Shown piece by piece: positions 12,521-25,908 of a DNA stretch of 64,000 nt. The translations under genes were made by a program, and so were the position numbers. Positions within the stretch are counted from its first letter, which is position 1; every line of letters begins with the position of its first letter. The notes under the pieces are model-generated. The model was not told the DNA's origin and did not search any database. It was given only the letters and a program-made list of their open reading frames with translations. Origin of the DNA: Podarcis gaigeae (taxonomy: Eukaryota); assembly GCA_964106915.2 (NCBI GenBank), contig OZ066918.1. One strand, written 5' to 3'.

Positions 12521-12779
12521 TAAAACCATAATAATCAGGACCAATTCAAACATTCCCTGAGAGGCACAGTGTTTACTATTCGAAAGAGCCATCAATTGTG
12601 TCCCTTAGCAAACTTCAGAGAAAATGTCCATATACTGTTTTGAACATGCATGTTCTCCTGTCAGTATCACACCACTCGATGACACATAGCCAAATGACAC
12701 ACAGCAGTGCATACTGCTGTCATTGTCTGCATGGTGATGCCACACACTACATTCTCCATATGAAAGCCACAAACAGAAT

Positions 12780-12852
12780 TGTGTCATCTTAAAGACTAAC
12801 TAATTTATCATGGCATAACTTTTAATGGACTTAAACACACTTCATTCGATTC
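12780..12852. mobile_element. Penelope-like terminal remnant
   Basis: TGTGTCATCTTAAAGACTAACTAATTTAT...CACTTCAT resembles one arm of the element at 25159-25360. Confidence 0.45.
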
Positions 12853-13810
12853 ATTACATAAAATTTTTGTTAGCTTGTATGTAAAGGAGAAGACTATAAG
12901 GTGGGAATTGAGTGGCAATGAGATGCAAAAATTAGAGCTTAAATTGTATGCTAAACAGGCACACATTTTTACAGTAGCGGATTATGTGTGTGGTATTTTG
13001 ATATGCAAAAGCTGTTTCATACATGGAAGTCATCATTTTGTGCTGCAGTCATTCACTTCTGAAAAATGCAAGTGTGAACTCACCTCAAGAGAAGGATGTG
13101 TCACATTTGAACCAGCTTTTTCAATTCAACAACTTAGCAAAGGAGAAGAAAATGAGGAGGCAAATGACGCATGTGACAGATGACGAATGTTTCCAAAAGG
13201 ATGCAGGCAAAACTATATAACTGAAAACCATTTTGTATACTGACATGGTTCAGCATCCCACCACAGCAAAGGCAAGCGTTTCACTGAAAGGAAGGAAGCA
13301 CAGTTGGTGCAGGGTGCATCCACAGACTTCTTCTGTGGCTGAGAAGGCTCAGATCCCAGTCCTCCATCCCTAGGCTGATTCCAGGTGGGCAAGGAGTCTA
13401 TCAACAGCAATCTAGATTCTGATCCCTGGCAAACACTGTCTGCTTTCCTCTTTTCATTCTTACCCTGGTTTATGTAGCCACTGCTGCTCACTCTCTACCC
13501 AAATGGGCTCCAAGTAAGTACCCCAGATCAGCCCCTTATTAACACATCATCTCAAGCAAGTCACACTTTTATTTTTGCATTTGGTGAAGTAAACACAACA
13601 AGTGATAAATTACTGGTTTTTAACTAGAAATATGAACTTTATTGAACAAAAATAGATTTATGCAGTTCAGCTTGAACACAAAACAAGGTTGGGAGTTGAA
13701 AACAAAAATTTGGCCAAGCTGGGACCAAGTGGTTGGTGGGAAACCACTCTTCCTGCAAGGTGCAGAAAGACCACCATGTCAGCCCACACTGGACAGTCTA
13801 GCATCACAAT

Positions 13811-13968
13811 TAGAATCATAGAATTGTAGAGTTCGAAGGGACCCTAATGGTCATCTAGTCCAACCCCCTGCAATGCAGGAATATGCAGTTGTCCCATATG
13901 GGACTTGTTAAGTTGTGAACCTGCAATGTTGGCATTATCAGCGCCACGCTCTAACCAACTGAGCTATC
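13811..13968 (-). mobile_element. tRNA(Ile)-derived SINE with a CR1-type tail
   Basis: Minus strand begins TAGCTCAGTTGGTTAGAGCGTGGCGCTGATAATGCCAA (tRNA-Ile-like) and ends GGGTCCCTTCGAACTCTACAATTCTATGATTCTA (CR1 3' end). Confidence 0.8.
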
Positions 13969-14780
13969 CAGACAAGCAGACAATTCAGTAAAAATACTAA
14001 AATGCAATGTTTTAGCAATACTGTCATCAGGATTGTCCATTAAAATTGAGCAAACAAAATGGTGATACATTTCAGAGAAAATGGCCAATTTGGAAGCAAA
14101 CAGCTGTAGAGAGTGTTGCATATTTATATTCTGTGTTTCACCTGTTTGTTTGCCTGACTCTTTGCACAAACACAAGCACACAGAGACCATTAGAAGCTTA
14201 AAAAATAATCTGCCAACAACCAGAAAAAAGAGAATGTTGGGATTTGGGACTATGTGATATCAATTCGAATAACATTAATTTATGTTTTAGCCATTCAAAG
14301 AAGACAGGCACGCCAGTAACTTTGCATTATGCAGTTGGTAGGGCATTATAAATGTATCCCCCTGTAACTAATGCACAGGCCAACAGTATAATCTGCAGCA
14401 AACAGCATAAGGCATGTGTGGTTAACGATAAGGAGCAGGGACAATTTTGTATCTGTATAAGTAACATCCATTCTACTTTAGATAGATAGGTTATCAAGAA
14501 TCATCCGTCATGCTGAGCCAGGTGACTTTGCAATCAATGGCTGGAGCTCCATGGGAGTCACGCTGCCTTATAGGAAGCAAGTATGAGCAGTGAATTACGA
14601 GGTACAGAGCCAGACATCGATTGTGACTCCTGCTTATTTATTTCCCAGATCTACACAGTGACAAAGCACCACTAATTTTATTCCATAAATCTTTAATATT
14701 TCTATTTACAGTATGCTCTAGAAAATAAAATTTTAGAGCTTAATGATGCTTTCTGGCAACACTTCTGCTAAGCAATGTTT

Positions 14781-14804
14781 CACACACACACACACACACA
14801 CACA
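14781..14804. repeat. (CA)n microsatellite
   Basis: Direct read. Confidence 0.9.
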
Positions 14805-17800
14805 TACGTACGTATATTTTGTGTTGTGTTTGGGGTAAATAATGGTCACTGCTGGAATCTCAATAAAGGGCACGGGTCAACACAAACATAAAATTGGAAT
14901 TCAGCCTACAGAATATTTTTCCTTTTCTTTTCCGCTGTACAGTCAGCAAGCATTTTTAATGTAATTGGTGTCTGACCTCAAATAGCACATGTTCTGCATA
15001 TGATTTTCTTTTCTTCCCATTACTTCTCCTCCCTTGGGGACTATGTAGTTACACAGCCCAATCATTACCAATAGGTTTGGTGTTATTTAGCACGTCTTCT
15101 TCCTACCTAAGGCTGCAATTCTAGGCATACTCACTAGGAAGTAAATCTGATTAAAATCAATGGGACTTATTACCATGCAAACATGGCTTGGACCAGGCTA
15201 TACATCTTTGGTACAATAACTTTGTACGTGGTGGCTTGGTGTTATTGTGGATAACAGAACTACTGTGCCTTGAAACAAGGTTCTACAGCTCTTTCTGCTT
15301 TGCCCCACAAAGTGCTATTGTATAGATGCATTTTACAGCAGGGCTACAGGGGTAAGGAAAATGAACAATAAGAATAAGATGTCCCTCCTCTCTAAGCTGT
15401 CAGCCAACAGATCTCTAGAACTTGCAGTTTTCCAGAAACAGCATCTCTAAAACTTGCCGTTTTTCCAGAAAAGCCATGTGGTTAAATCTTTCTTGAACCA
15501 TTGGTGCCAACTCTAAGGGGCTCAGGTTCCTTCATCCACCTCCTCAATAAAATATTGGGGGCTGCCCCCCAGTGTTGAAGACAATCAGGGGCAGATGTCA
15601 TACACACCAACTTTAGGGGGTATCAGGTGTGTTGCACCCCCAATAATATTCTTCTGTGGTCAGAGCCACAATGCCATCAGCCACTGCCATCGCTCTGGGG
15701 CTGCTTCCACCCTCCTTCCCCTCCATGGCAGGAGCAGCAGAATGGAAGGAGGTTCATAAGTGTTTGGGGGCAGTGGGATGCAAGGAGCGGAGCATGCAGA
15801 GTCATCGCCCAGACAGCTTTTTGTTTTGTCGTGCTTGTAATCAGAGCTGTTGCATCCAGGCCACTCAAGCCCTTTCCACCCCACATCGCTCTGCCTCGCA
15901 GCATCAGGGCCCCACCTCTCTGCCTCTGGACCTCAAAACCTGTGAAATAGAATGGTGCTTCTTTGCCCCTACATCCTTCCCTGAAAAAGCGAGGAAGAGA
16001 AGGAGAAGAGTCAAGAAGCAGCAATCTGCATAGTGGCACAAAATACTTTATCGGAGGAAATAATCACAAAAATTAAGTGCTGATCTAGACTAGACCTAAT
16101 ATTACTGCAATCAATTAGACAGCATGAGCTTGTTTTCTGAACGGAAATTGGAACACGGTGCATTTTACATGAAGAGAGATGCAGAGTTTCCTTTTACTTG
16201 ATCCATTTGAGTGCTGGAGGTTAGAACCCTGCACTGCTATTCTGCTGACTCTCCTTGGCAACCAAGAAGTTAGAAGCTCCAAACAAGTAATATATATAGA
16301 GAGAATGAGCTTTTCTCTAAAGCAAAGAAAATTAGGAACGAAAATAGAATGGTCTTTTGAAATAGAAGACCTATTAAAGTTAAATTCTTTGACACCCACT
16401 GCCCCTGCACATTGGTCTCAATGTACTCATTGTCTGTTTTACACAGAGTCTATATATTCATAACCTGTACATACATATGTAGGCTTTGCATATGTTTTAT
16501 GTACCTTTAAAAATGAAAAAAAAAAGATTGCACGGAGAGAGCCTGTGTGTGTACTGCTGGTGCATGCATAGCATTGGTACAGAAAAGGTGAAGAATGTGT
16601 GTAGGTTGGGGCAGGCCAGTGGGCACAACCTCAACTCCCTATCCAAGTATTCATTCAACTCAGAAGCCACATGCACAAGACTGTGCATTTGTAGATCAAC
16701 ATACTTTGTTTTTAAGTGAGGCTGTCAATCAATCTTCCATTGATACCAGTAGATTTTTTATGTATCTATGCATGGAAAACCACACCTAGGGGATGGAGGA
16801 TCAATCAGTAGATGATATATTGATATTATGAAGTGGAAGTGGAAGGATAAAACACGCTTCACCAGTCCATACCATTCAAATGTTTGTGTCCACTTTCAAC
16901 TTGAACCACTCTCATCTAGTTTTGCTTTGTTATTTGAAATACATTTTATCCACAAATTAGTTTTAGCACAAGCCACCGCTATCAGCCTCTATTATATAAA
17001 GCTATTCTCCCACACACACACCCCGCCACCAGTGTTGTAGAAAATCTTTTTCAGTCTGTCATGGACAGACTCTAGGTCAGCTTCTTGATGACCCAGCAAT
17101 CAATGAGAGCTTTTTAAAATGTCATCCAATCAGGATGGTGGTGGCAAGTCAAAATTCAGTACCTGCTTTCTACCAGCTTAGGCTAGTATGTCAGCTGAGG
17201 CTGACTCTTGTGCACTGTATTGCCCTTGAAGCTGCTATTTGCTCAAAATACTGCAGGCAGGATTTTAACTAGAAAAGCTCATCAGGAACATATTTCATCC
17301 ATGCTGAGAAATCAATACTGGCTATTTGTTCACTTCTGAACCCAACTGTGATCAGCAAGAAAGAAATGTACACTTTTCTTGGATTATAAATTTAAGCACT
17401 ATGCAACATAATACTAATTAAGAAAAGGGAGATGAAGGCCATCCTACCCACCCAACTCACTGGCCTGGCTTTTCATGCCACTTCTATGCCTTGGATGATC
17501 TGAGTGTTCGCACTTGAACTTTCTGTCCTATGTTGGGCATATGGTTCAGCTACAGGTAGGTCTCTTTTCCTGCAGTTGCTCAAACTCTGTTGGGTGGTCT
17601 TTACCCATGGATGACATGGCACACCTAAATCAGAAGCTCACCCCCTGCTATTACTGGACTCCTTTCATTAAGATAAACTGTTATTTTTCTTTCAGCTATC
17701 TTAATATGTGGCACACAACCAGCCCACCTAGAAATATATTTAGCCCCTTCTGTCCCCCCCCCCAATTTTTTCTGGTGCTGCCAGTCTCTTTACCCTGCCC

Positions 17801-18299
17801 TACCATGCCCATAGCCACAGGTACCTGCCCACCCTCGGAAGGCACCCTGCATACATTTTTTTCTGCCAAAGTTGTGATAGTTAAGAGCCAAATCAAAATT
17901 GTATGTGTTTCCCTAACAAATACCTCAAGGAAGATAAATATGACCATACCCAGCCAACACTGATGAAATAGAAAAACCCATTCCCATCTGTCAACAGGAC
18001 ATCCAGCTTAATGCCCAAAGTAAACCTGATGAACACAGTATTCTGTGCTGCTTTCTGTACCTGAATGAAGCAGGGAGCCTTATGTAGGTCATAAGGCCTA
18101 TCAACCTGAAATTGTTACAGAACTGAGAAGTGCTCTGTCTCATGAATTTTTGCCCTCTCCTTACAAAGACAGAGAAATTCCAGTCACATTTCTTAGTCAG
18201 GCTGCAGTGCCTGGAAATCTGCTTCAAAAGCTGTCAGGCAGATCACAACATGCAGTTTAAAAATGTTGGACTTATTTTTTTAAAATGTTAAAATGAAAT

Positions 18300-18600
18300 T
18301 AAATATATTTATGCAAATCTTAATAAAATTATGTAAATACTAAATGAATAAGAGTATAAAACAAATTTAAGATTCTGAATCTCGCTGACAGGACACAGCA
18401 TTCTCCCGTTACAAATTTTCTCATCTCATCAATTACTGCAGATAGAAAATGAATATACTTCACAGTTGTATCATTTCCACCCAATAGAGAAACCGCAGGC
18501 TTATAATCAAACCTCTCCACACCTGTCCACAAAATCTGTCCCAAATTGTTCAAGGCATCATACAAAGAACAATATACAATAATATATGTACAAGGATACT
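18300..18600 (-). mobile_element. Old LINE ORF2 C-terminus (RTE-X/L1-like zinc-knuckle region)
   Basis: Minus strand reads HIIVYCSLYDAL...SLLGGNDTTV..IHFLSAV...RK, resembling the H...C.LY terminal motif of non-LTR ORF2. Confidence 0.4.
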
Positions 18601-18606
18601 TTAGAT

Positions 18607-18673
18607 GAGATTCCTACATTGCCGGGGATTGGACTAGATGACCCTTCCAACTCCACAATTCTGTGATTCTATG
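18607..18673 (+). mobile_element. CR1-type 3' tail fragment
   Basis: GATTCCTACATTGCCGGGGATTGGACTAGATGACCCTTCCAACTCCACAATTCTGTGATTCTATGA. Confidence 0.8.
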
Positions 18674-19639
18674 ACTCCAACCTGGTACTCAAGTACCACA
18701 AGTACAGGTATATTCAGAATACAGCATATTGGTAAACCTTCCTTCTGGGACAATTGAGAGCATCAAATTTAACTAGGCTTTAATAAACACCATCCCCTCA
18801 CTGGGTTTCTTCAAATCCTTACAAGGTAGTACAATATGAATGTAAGCGAAATTATTAAATAATGGAACTTTTTAAGGCACCAGTTCAATTGTTCAGCCCA
18901 TCTGAAGAGATACATCAGATCAGACAATTCCTGCTTCTAATGCTTTTTAGTGAGCTCCACCCCCAAACTCTGCATATAGTTCAAAAGAAGCCTAATTTCA
19001 CCACTATGGAACAAACAAATGCATTCCAAGCGTGATTGTTCATGACAGATATTTTTCCTTAGCCAAATGTTTAGCAGCATCGCATATGCCACTGTTTGAA
19101 TTGTTGTTACAGCCAATGCATAAATCAGAAGGGACTGATAGGGCAGTAATAGCCACAATTATATAACTCTGTTTTTAACTATATCCAAGGGACTTCGTTT
19201 CTCTGCAGACCACACTTTGAGAAGCTAAGGAACGAGTTTCCTTTATATAGTTCTAATGCTGGTGCACTCTTAGCTCTAAAGTAAAATAAACTCTACATGT
19301 TGTGTACAGGTTTCTGTCTGAGAAAACACCACTCCCAAATATCAGAAAAATATACTTCCTCGATTTTCACCCTGTCTAACCTCCAAAGAGGTGTCTATGG
19401 TCTCTTCTGGAAAATAACCCTTTTGTTCTTTTGATAGTTATTCTGCAAGGCTGCCCAAGCAGTGCATTTTCTCTGGGGTGACACATACCCCTAATCATTT
19501 TGTGGATCTTTGTACTTTTGTCCATTTACTGTATTTATTTTTTACCAATTTGAACTATAAAATGGTGATTTTCTTGAGCCAAAATGAGAGTACCCCTAAA
19601 CATTTTTTTAGAAGAAAAAAAGCACTGTGCCCAAGCATC

Positions 19640-19940
19640 CATATTTTTCACTGAGGCCCTTCTCAGAATGTTCCCACCACCAGAGGTCAAGCAAGTGGCA
19701 ACAAAGGAGAGGGCTTTCTCATCTTATCTGTGGTATCCCATCCAGAGGAAGCTTGCCTGGCACCCACTTTGTCACACTTATTTTCTCAGGCATTTTAATA
19801 GTTTTTTATTTCAAGTATTGAAAACATGGAAATGAAGCATTTACTCTGCTGTTTTAATGGAGATTTAATGTTGCATTTAATTGCATGTCTTGTTATTCTG
19901 TTTTAAACTGCCTTGAAATAAAAATTATGCAGTGTGGTAT
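19640..19940 (+). mobile_element. Old L2 3' fragment
   Basis: CAAGTGGCAACAAAGGAGAGGGCTTTCTC followed by an AT-rich 3'UTR, similar to 51540-51820. Confidence 0.5.
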
Positions 19941-20017
19941 AAAAAACACTTTAAATGCTGTTGTATGTTTATATGCCTATAGAGACTGACTTAAAAATGC
20001 TTCTAAAAATGTGCCTT

Positions 20018-20290
20018 AGGTAAAGGTAAAGGGTAAAGGGACCCCTGACCATTAGGTCCAGTCATGAACGACTCTGGGGTTGCAGCGCTCATCTCGCTCT
20101 ATAGGCCGAGGGAGCCGGCATACAGCTTCCGGGTCATGTGGCCAGCATGGCTAAGCCGCTTCTGGCGAACCAGAGCAGCGCACGGAAACACCGTTTACCT
20201 TCCTGCCGGAGCAGTACCTATTTATCTACTTGTATTCTGACGTGCTTTCGAACTGCTGGGTTGGCAGGAGCTGGGACCAAGCAACGGGAG
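20018..20290 (-). mobile_element. 5'-truncated Sauria SINE
   Basis: GGTAAAGGTAAAGGG..ACCCCTGACCATTAGGTCCAGTC... The body is colinear with the other copies and the head is missing. Confidence 0.9.
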
Positions 20291-21619
20291 AGTGTATATA
20301 TAAAAATCTAAAATTAATAAATCTGTTGTCAGAAATTAAGCCAGTCTCACTTTGGGCATAATTCTCAGATCATAAAAGGAAACTCAAGCACCCAATAATT
20401 TCAAGGAGATCAAAACTGCTTACATTGTATTTTTACTAGTTAAGTGGAATTTTCACTCCTTGTTACGATTGCTAAACAATTGTCCTGTTTCACAAGTCCA
20501 CTAAGATAAAGAGGGAGGAGAGGGAGCCTCATAGCCAAGGCTCCAAGTAGTTATGCTCAGATCTAGATGTGGATTTAATCACTGTTAACAATACCTGCTC
20601 ATAAGGAAGATCTCATTCTGCTGAATCAAAACATTGCCTTCTTTCTCCAGTTCTTTAAACAGCAAAATCTCAAAGTGGTTTAATAACAGGGCTGAAAGCT
20701 TTAACTAATTAATTAGTGTCATCAATTTACTATTTCATTAATTGATTTAATGTGTAGATTGCTGATTGATTAAACCATGCTGCACAGGATGAGACAAACC
20801 ACATTAAGCACGAACACTTGGTGCTGTCAACTGTTCTGTTAACAAGTTTCATACATCTCTTGACTTCTGTGTTAATAGGCTAGCAAAACTTGTATTGGCA
20901 AAGTTCAAAGCCAAGGGGCAGGATCTCATGATTAGATCCTATGTTATAGGCAGTGTTGATGTTATTACTAGTAGATATTTCTTTAGCAAGCAGCTATGTT
21001 CAAAATGAAGTAGCAGATATATTGAGTTCCTAAAGTTATGCTAAAAATTACTTTAAAATTAAATATATAAGTAACTCAGCAATAAGCATTCCTATTTATT
21101 CTTCTGAACAGATCATCAAAACTGATTTATGAAATGACACTTATTAGAATACGATTTATACTTAAAATGTGTTCCAAAAGGGAGCAAAGAACCAGTGACA
21201 AAGAAGTCAGGATTTTGCTAGTTAAATACTAGAGAAATATAATGCTCCACTGATTTGAGGCAGGAATATACAACGTTTACTAAAGTACTTAAGAAGTTTC
21301 AGAAGCATTTGCAAAGGCAGACAAAAGCTGAACAACTTTTCTGTTGTTTTCTTAAAAATTCAAGACCTAATGACACTGATAATTTATTCTGCATGCTTTT
21401 TGTGAAAAATACATTTATTTTTAGTTGCTTTTGAGAAAATCTGTACATATATTTGAAAAATACATTATATTAACTCCTTTCTATCTCAAACAATAATGCT
21501 TGGAAGCAACAGCTGTTTCTTTAGAAAGGTCCTAAGTTAAACACCACGGGGAGGCAAACAGAACCCACGGTAAAGGTACAATCAAAGACTTAATACCTAG
21601 ATTGTACTGTTACTAACTG

Positions 21620-21765
21620 TGGCTGGTTCAACAGCTTTTGCCATTCCTAAACCAGGAAATCCTGGGCACAGTAGTGCATGCTTTGGTCAGGTCAAGACTG
21701 GATTACTGCAATGTGGGGCTTCCCTTGCACTTGATCTGGAAGCTACAGTTTGTGCAGAAGCTACA
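21620..21765 (+). mobile_element. L2 ORF2 fragment
   Basis: Translates VVHALVRSRLDYCN.GLPL..IWKLQFVQ, an L2 signature. Confidence 0.8.
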
Positions 21766-24700
21766 GATAAAAAAAAATCCCAGTTCCTCCTCTTTCCCAT
21801 TCACCCTTAAAAATCCTGAAATGCTCTAGGGCAAATTCCTGGCAGAACTAGCAATGAGATATGAAAATTAAATATAGTTTCTGCAACCATTAATTTGAAC
21901 AATAGAATGACCTTGGCCATATTTTTAACGCATTTAAAAAAGCAAGCCATGTTAAATACATTAAATTCTTTTCTACTTGCAATGGACTTATTTACAGTAA
22001 TTTTTGATTTACCTAAGGAAAATTCCTTCTCATGAATTAAAAAGTGTGGTAGCTGTTTAGTCAGTGAACACTTCCAATATTTATTTGCAGTGCTAGGTTA
22101 TTACCATAATCAAGGATTTATTCTACCTTGGAGGGAGGGAAAATACCATTTTGTTGAAGGCTTCCTGGGAAAAAATGGTCTTCAGCAGACTAATATATTT
22201 TGGGTGCTGTCAAGTATACCAAATATGAATTACTGACTATTGTACTGAATCATCCTCTCAAGATCCATGAGCTGTGCATCACTCTATATTTTTCTAGTGG
22301 ATTCCTCAAATAAGTATCCGATTAATGCTGAAATTGCTGGCTCAGAAACATTTAATAAAGAACAGGACTTAAGCAAGAAAAATATTTAATCTTGTTTCTC
22401 CAGTTCTCCTGGCTAAAAAAAAATAGCAACTTAGGGTTCTCCCACATTATTTACCAGAACAGAAACCTCTAGAAGAGAAAAGCAGATTTAGGAAGCCTGT
22501 TTTTTGAATGTGTGTGAACATTTGTCATGGTGGCACCCCAGTTAGAATGCCTACCTCCAATAAGGTCAACCAGAACAAACAATACTGACATTTCAGCAAC
22601 ATGTTAAGACCTCTCAGTTTGCCTGGTCCTCTTCACAATGCTAGTATAGGTATGTTGCTGTAACAAGGAACTGTGTTTAGCTTCGTGTTATGTTTTGTAC
22701 TTGATTCTATGGTTGTTTTATCTGTTGTTTACATTTTTATTTTTGTATTTATTGTTAACTGATTTAGGTTTGCTTTTAACTTACACTAACCATATGATGA
22801 AGGGCAGGAAAAAAATTAATAATAATAATAATACTGTCGTCGTAGCCTCAATTTTTGTATATAACCTCCACCAATTTGTTGGCATTGTCACAAAGAGTTA
22901 ATTTGTTTTCCGCCCATTTTCTGTAGAATATATCAACTTCCAAACTACACAACCACAATCTCAATCTTTGTTTGCAAACCCCCCTGTAATGAGAATGTCA
23001 CAGCAGTGCAGAAATCTCCACCATCAAAGATTAAATAATTCAGGAAGAACTGGAAGTCATTCAAACATTTCTACTCTTCAATTGTACTTGAAAAGCTTGT
23101 CACAATGAATAACTGTGATCCCCACAACGTTAAGCTCATTTGGAAGCTCTTGTTTCTCTAAATCAAAATATATTTTTGCTGGGATCATGCATTTTATAAG
23201 CAAATGGATCCTTCAAATTCTTCAAAGCAATAAGAATAAAATACAACAAATCTTTAATCATGATACCTAGAGTGGGTATCATCTTTTTAACTATAGGGTC
23301 ATTGCCTTCTGCACCCAGGACATGCAGATGGAGAATTATAAAATAGCACAGGAAAAAATATCATAATCCACCTTAGACCCTATTCTTGATGTAATACAGG
23401 ATAGTAGAGGACTTGCTCTGACTAGTAATTCCAGGCAGCTCACTACCCACCTCTCAATGTGAGGAAGGTGTTTGAGATCCCTGGCACACAGAGTATCATA
23501 GTTGACAGCTGTAATATTAAACTGAAACATGTAAAACTCAGCATCCCCGTTTCAATAGCAGGATCCAGTCTGTTTGTTCACCTTGTGCATTTATCTTCAA
23601 TATTACTGTATATATTTTCTGCTAGGAATCATGTTGTGTAATAAAACTGTACAGCCATGAGACAAGAGGAGATTAAATGAGCCCTAAGAGAACTGTTGGA
23701 AGGCAGCCTTGTGTCCCTTAATCTGATGCTATTGTCTCTTCTTATTGTCAGCCCATGGTATGCATTTCTAATTTTGGATTCTCTCCACTATACATCTATG
23801 GATACAGCATGTCTCAATTTAGGCACTGTTTTAAAGCATTTTCATAGAGCTTTGTGTTCTTAGAGTGTATTTTGTTTTGCAGATTTTAGCATCTACTCTT
23901 AATACTTCAAGTCTAGACCATTAATTCTGACTTAGAAGAACATCCTAGGGCTAATGCAAATGAATCCTGGGTGCATGGCAGCTCCTGAAAATTTGATTGC
24001 TCAGTGGCTCCTGGCAATCAAATTTTAAGCAGCTACAATGCTCAGCAAGTCATTATAATGAAATGTAATGAAAAATTGCAGCACAAATGCAAAGTGTAGC
24101 TTCTTGTTTGATTCAGGCAGCCTTCTTCTGTGAAAGGGATTCATATTTTTTATTTATTTCATATGTATTATGTTCTAAGCTTTTCATATACCAGCTACTT
24201 CAAAGACAAAGGAACTGACAGCAGAACTTCATTTATTCAAATAATACTCCAGGCATCATTCAAAATAGAAGTATGGGTAAATTACATTAAACTAGGTTAC
24301 AGAAACATGGGAATATGAGAGACCTGAATTTTCTGATAACTGGGAATGAACAACAGTGAGGGGGGTTCTATACTTACATCACATACAATGAACCCACAGG
24401 GTCCCCTTAATCTTGCACAATTCATCTACTCTCTCTAAAAGGATGTGACTATGTTAAGAAATAAACGAAACTGCTTGCCTAGAAAAGGTGCATGAAATAT
24501 TTGGAGTCTCCATTTCTCATATATATAGTTCTCACATCCTGAAAATGGATATTTTACACTGTTCTGCACATGTCCAATTATCCCCTGGATCAGGCACAGG
24601 TTTATAAGTGGAACAGAGTATTGTTGCTAAAATTCCACATACTCATTGCAAACAAACAAAAATCTTCCAAACATGCTGCAATCTACTGTCCAATCAAGAG

Positions 24701-25158
24701 CAGCTAGCCTTATTATGGAAGCATGCAACTTAGGAATCCATAGAAAGTTACTTTTTTCTAGATACAGACAATCTGTTCAACCAGCCCAGGGATGGATAAT
24801 CTTTTTCAGGGTAAGAGCTGCATGTCAGATGGATGTGGTAATTCTTCTTATTTTTTAAATACCTGGGCAGGTATCACAGGCTCCACAGAATCATAGCAGT
24901 GGACCTGCGGTAGTGGCCAGTGTAAATTATAGGGCTTCTCCATACAAATGTTCAAAAAAGGAATTGTATTGTTGCTATACGTATCCTAGCTGGAGAAGGC
25001 ATGGAGCCTAGCTGTGAAGAGATAACCATGCTTCCATTTATTTTACAGCCTTTGCTTGTAAACAATACCGTACATCAAGATGATGATGCAGCAGCAACAA
25101 GTGGTGGTATTTATATATATTTTACTTGGAGCTGATCTACTAAAAATAATTACTCTTA

Positions 25159-25360
25159 ATAAAAAAACAGTCCAGTAGCACCTTATAGACCAACTAAGTT
25201 TTTCTGGTATAAGCTTTCAGATATGAAGAAGTGTGCTTCCACATGAAAGCTTATACCAGAACAAACTTAGATGGTCTATAAGGTGCTACTGAACAATTTT
25301 TTATTTTTTATTATTTTTATTTTGACTGTGTCAGACCAACACGGCTACCTTCCTGAATCT
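25159..25360. mobile_element. Penelope-like element terminus in inverted (hairpin) arrangement
   Basis: Inverted arms of about 46 bp at 25173-25218 and 25245-25291. 13-bp TSD ATAATTACTCTTA at 25146-25158 and 25361-25373. Confidence 0.8.
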
Positions 25361-25656
25361 ATAATTACTCTTACTTAGTCATTAATTTCAGTTGGTCTCC
25401 TCTGGGTAAAACTTGGCTGAATGTCACCTTGCAGCTCCTAAAATGGAAGTGTCAGATGGAACCTCCTGGGTATTGCCTTAATCTCTGGAACATCTTTTTT
25501 TTAAAAAAAAAACAAAAACAAAACCCAAGATGGGTTGAGAGTTCCCTATTCTGTGGTAATACTCCATAGGAGCACACAGGCATTTCATTCCTTTAAAAGA
25601 CAGAATGAAAGGTGGGAATATACAAGTTCACACAATGGTGTCCACATCTGTGAATA

Positions 25657-25908
25657 CAGTGGTACCTCTGGTTGCGAACGGGATCCGTTCCGGTGGCCCG
25701 TTCGCAACCTGAAAAGAATGCAACCCGCATCTGCGCACGCGCAGGTCGCAATTCGCCGCTTCTGTGCTTGCGTGTGACGTCATTTTGCGCGTCTGCGCAT
25801 GTGCGAGCGATGAAACCCGGAAGTAACCCTTTCCGGTACTTCTGGGTCGCCGCAGAACGCAACCTGAAAATGCACAACCTGAAGCAAACGTAACATGAGG
25901 TATGACTG
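25657..25908 (+). mobile_element. Tc1/mariner-superfamily MITE
   Basis: TA|CAGTGGTACCTC...GAGGTATGACTG|TA. CpG-rich, same family as 2554-2803. Confidence 0.9.

Noticed and set aside
13900-13968. Possible tRNA-Ile gene
   Set aside because: The T-arm is disrupted and it is fused to a CR1 tail, so it is a SINE head.
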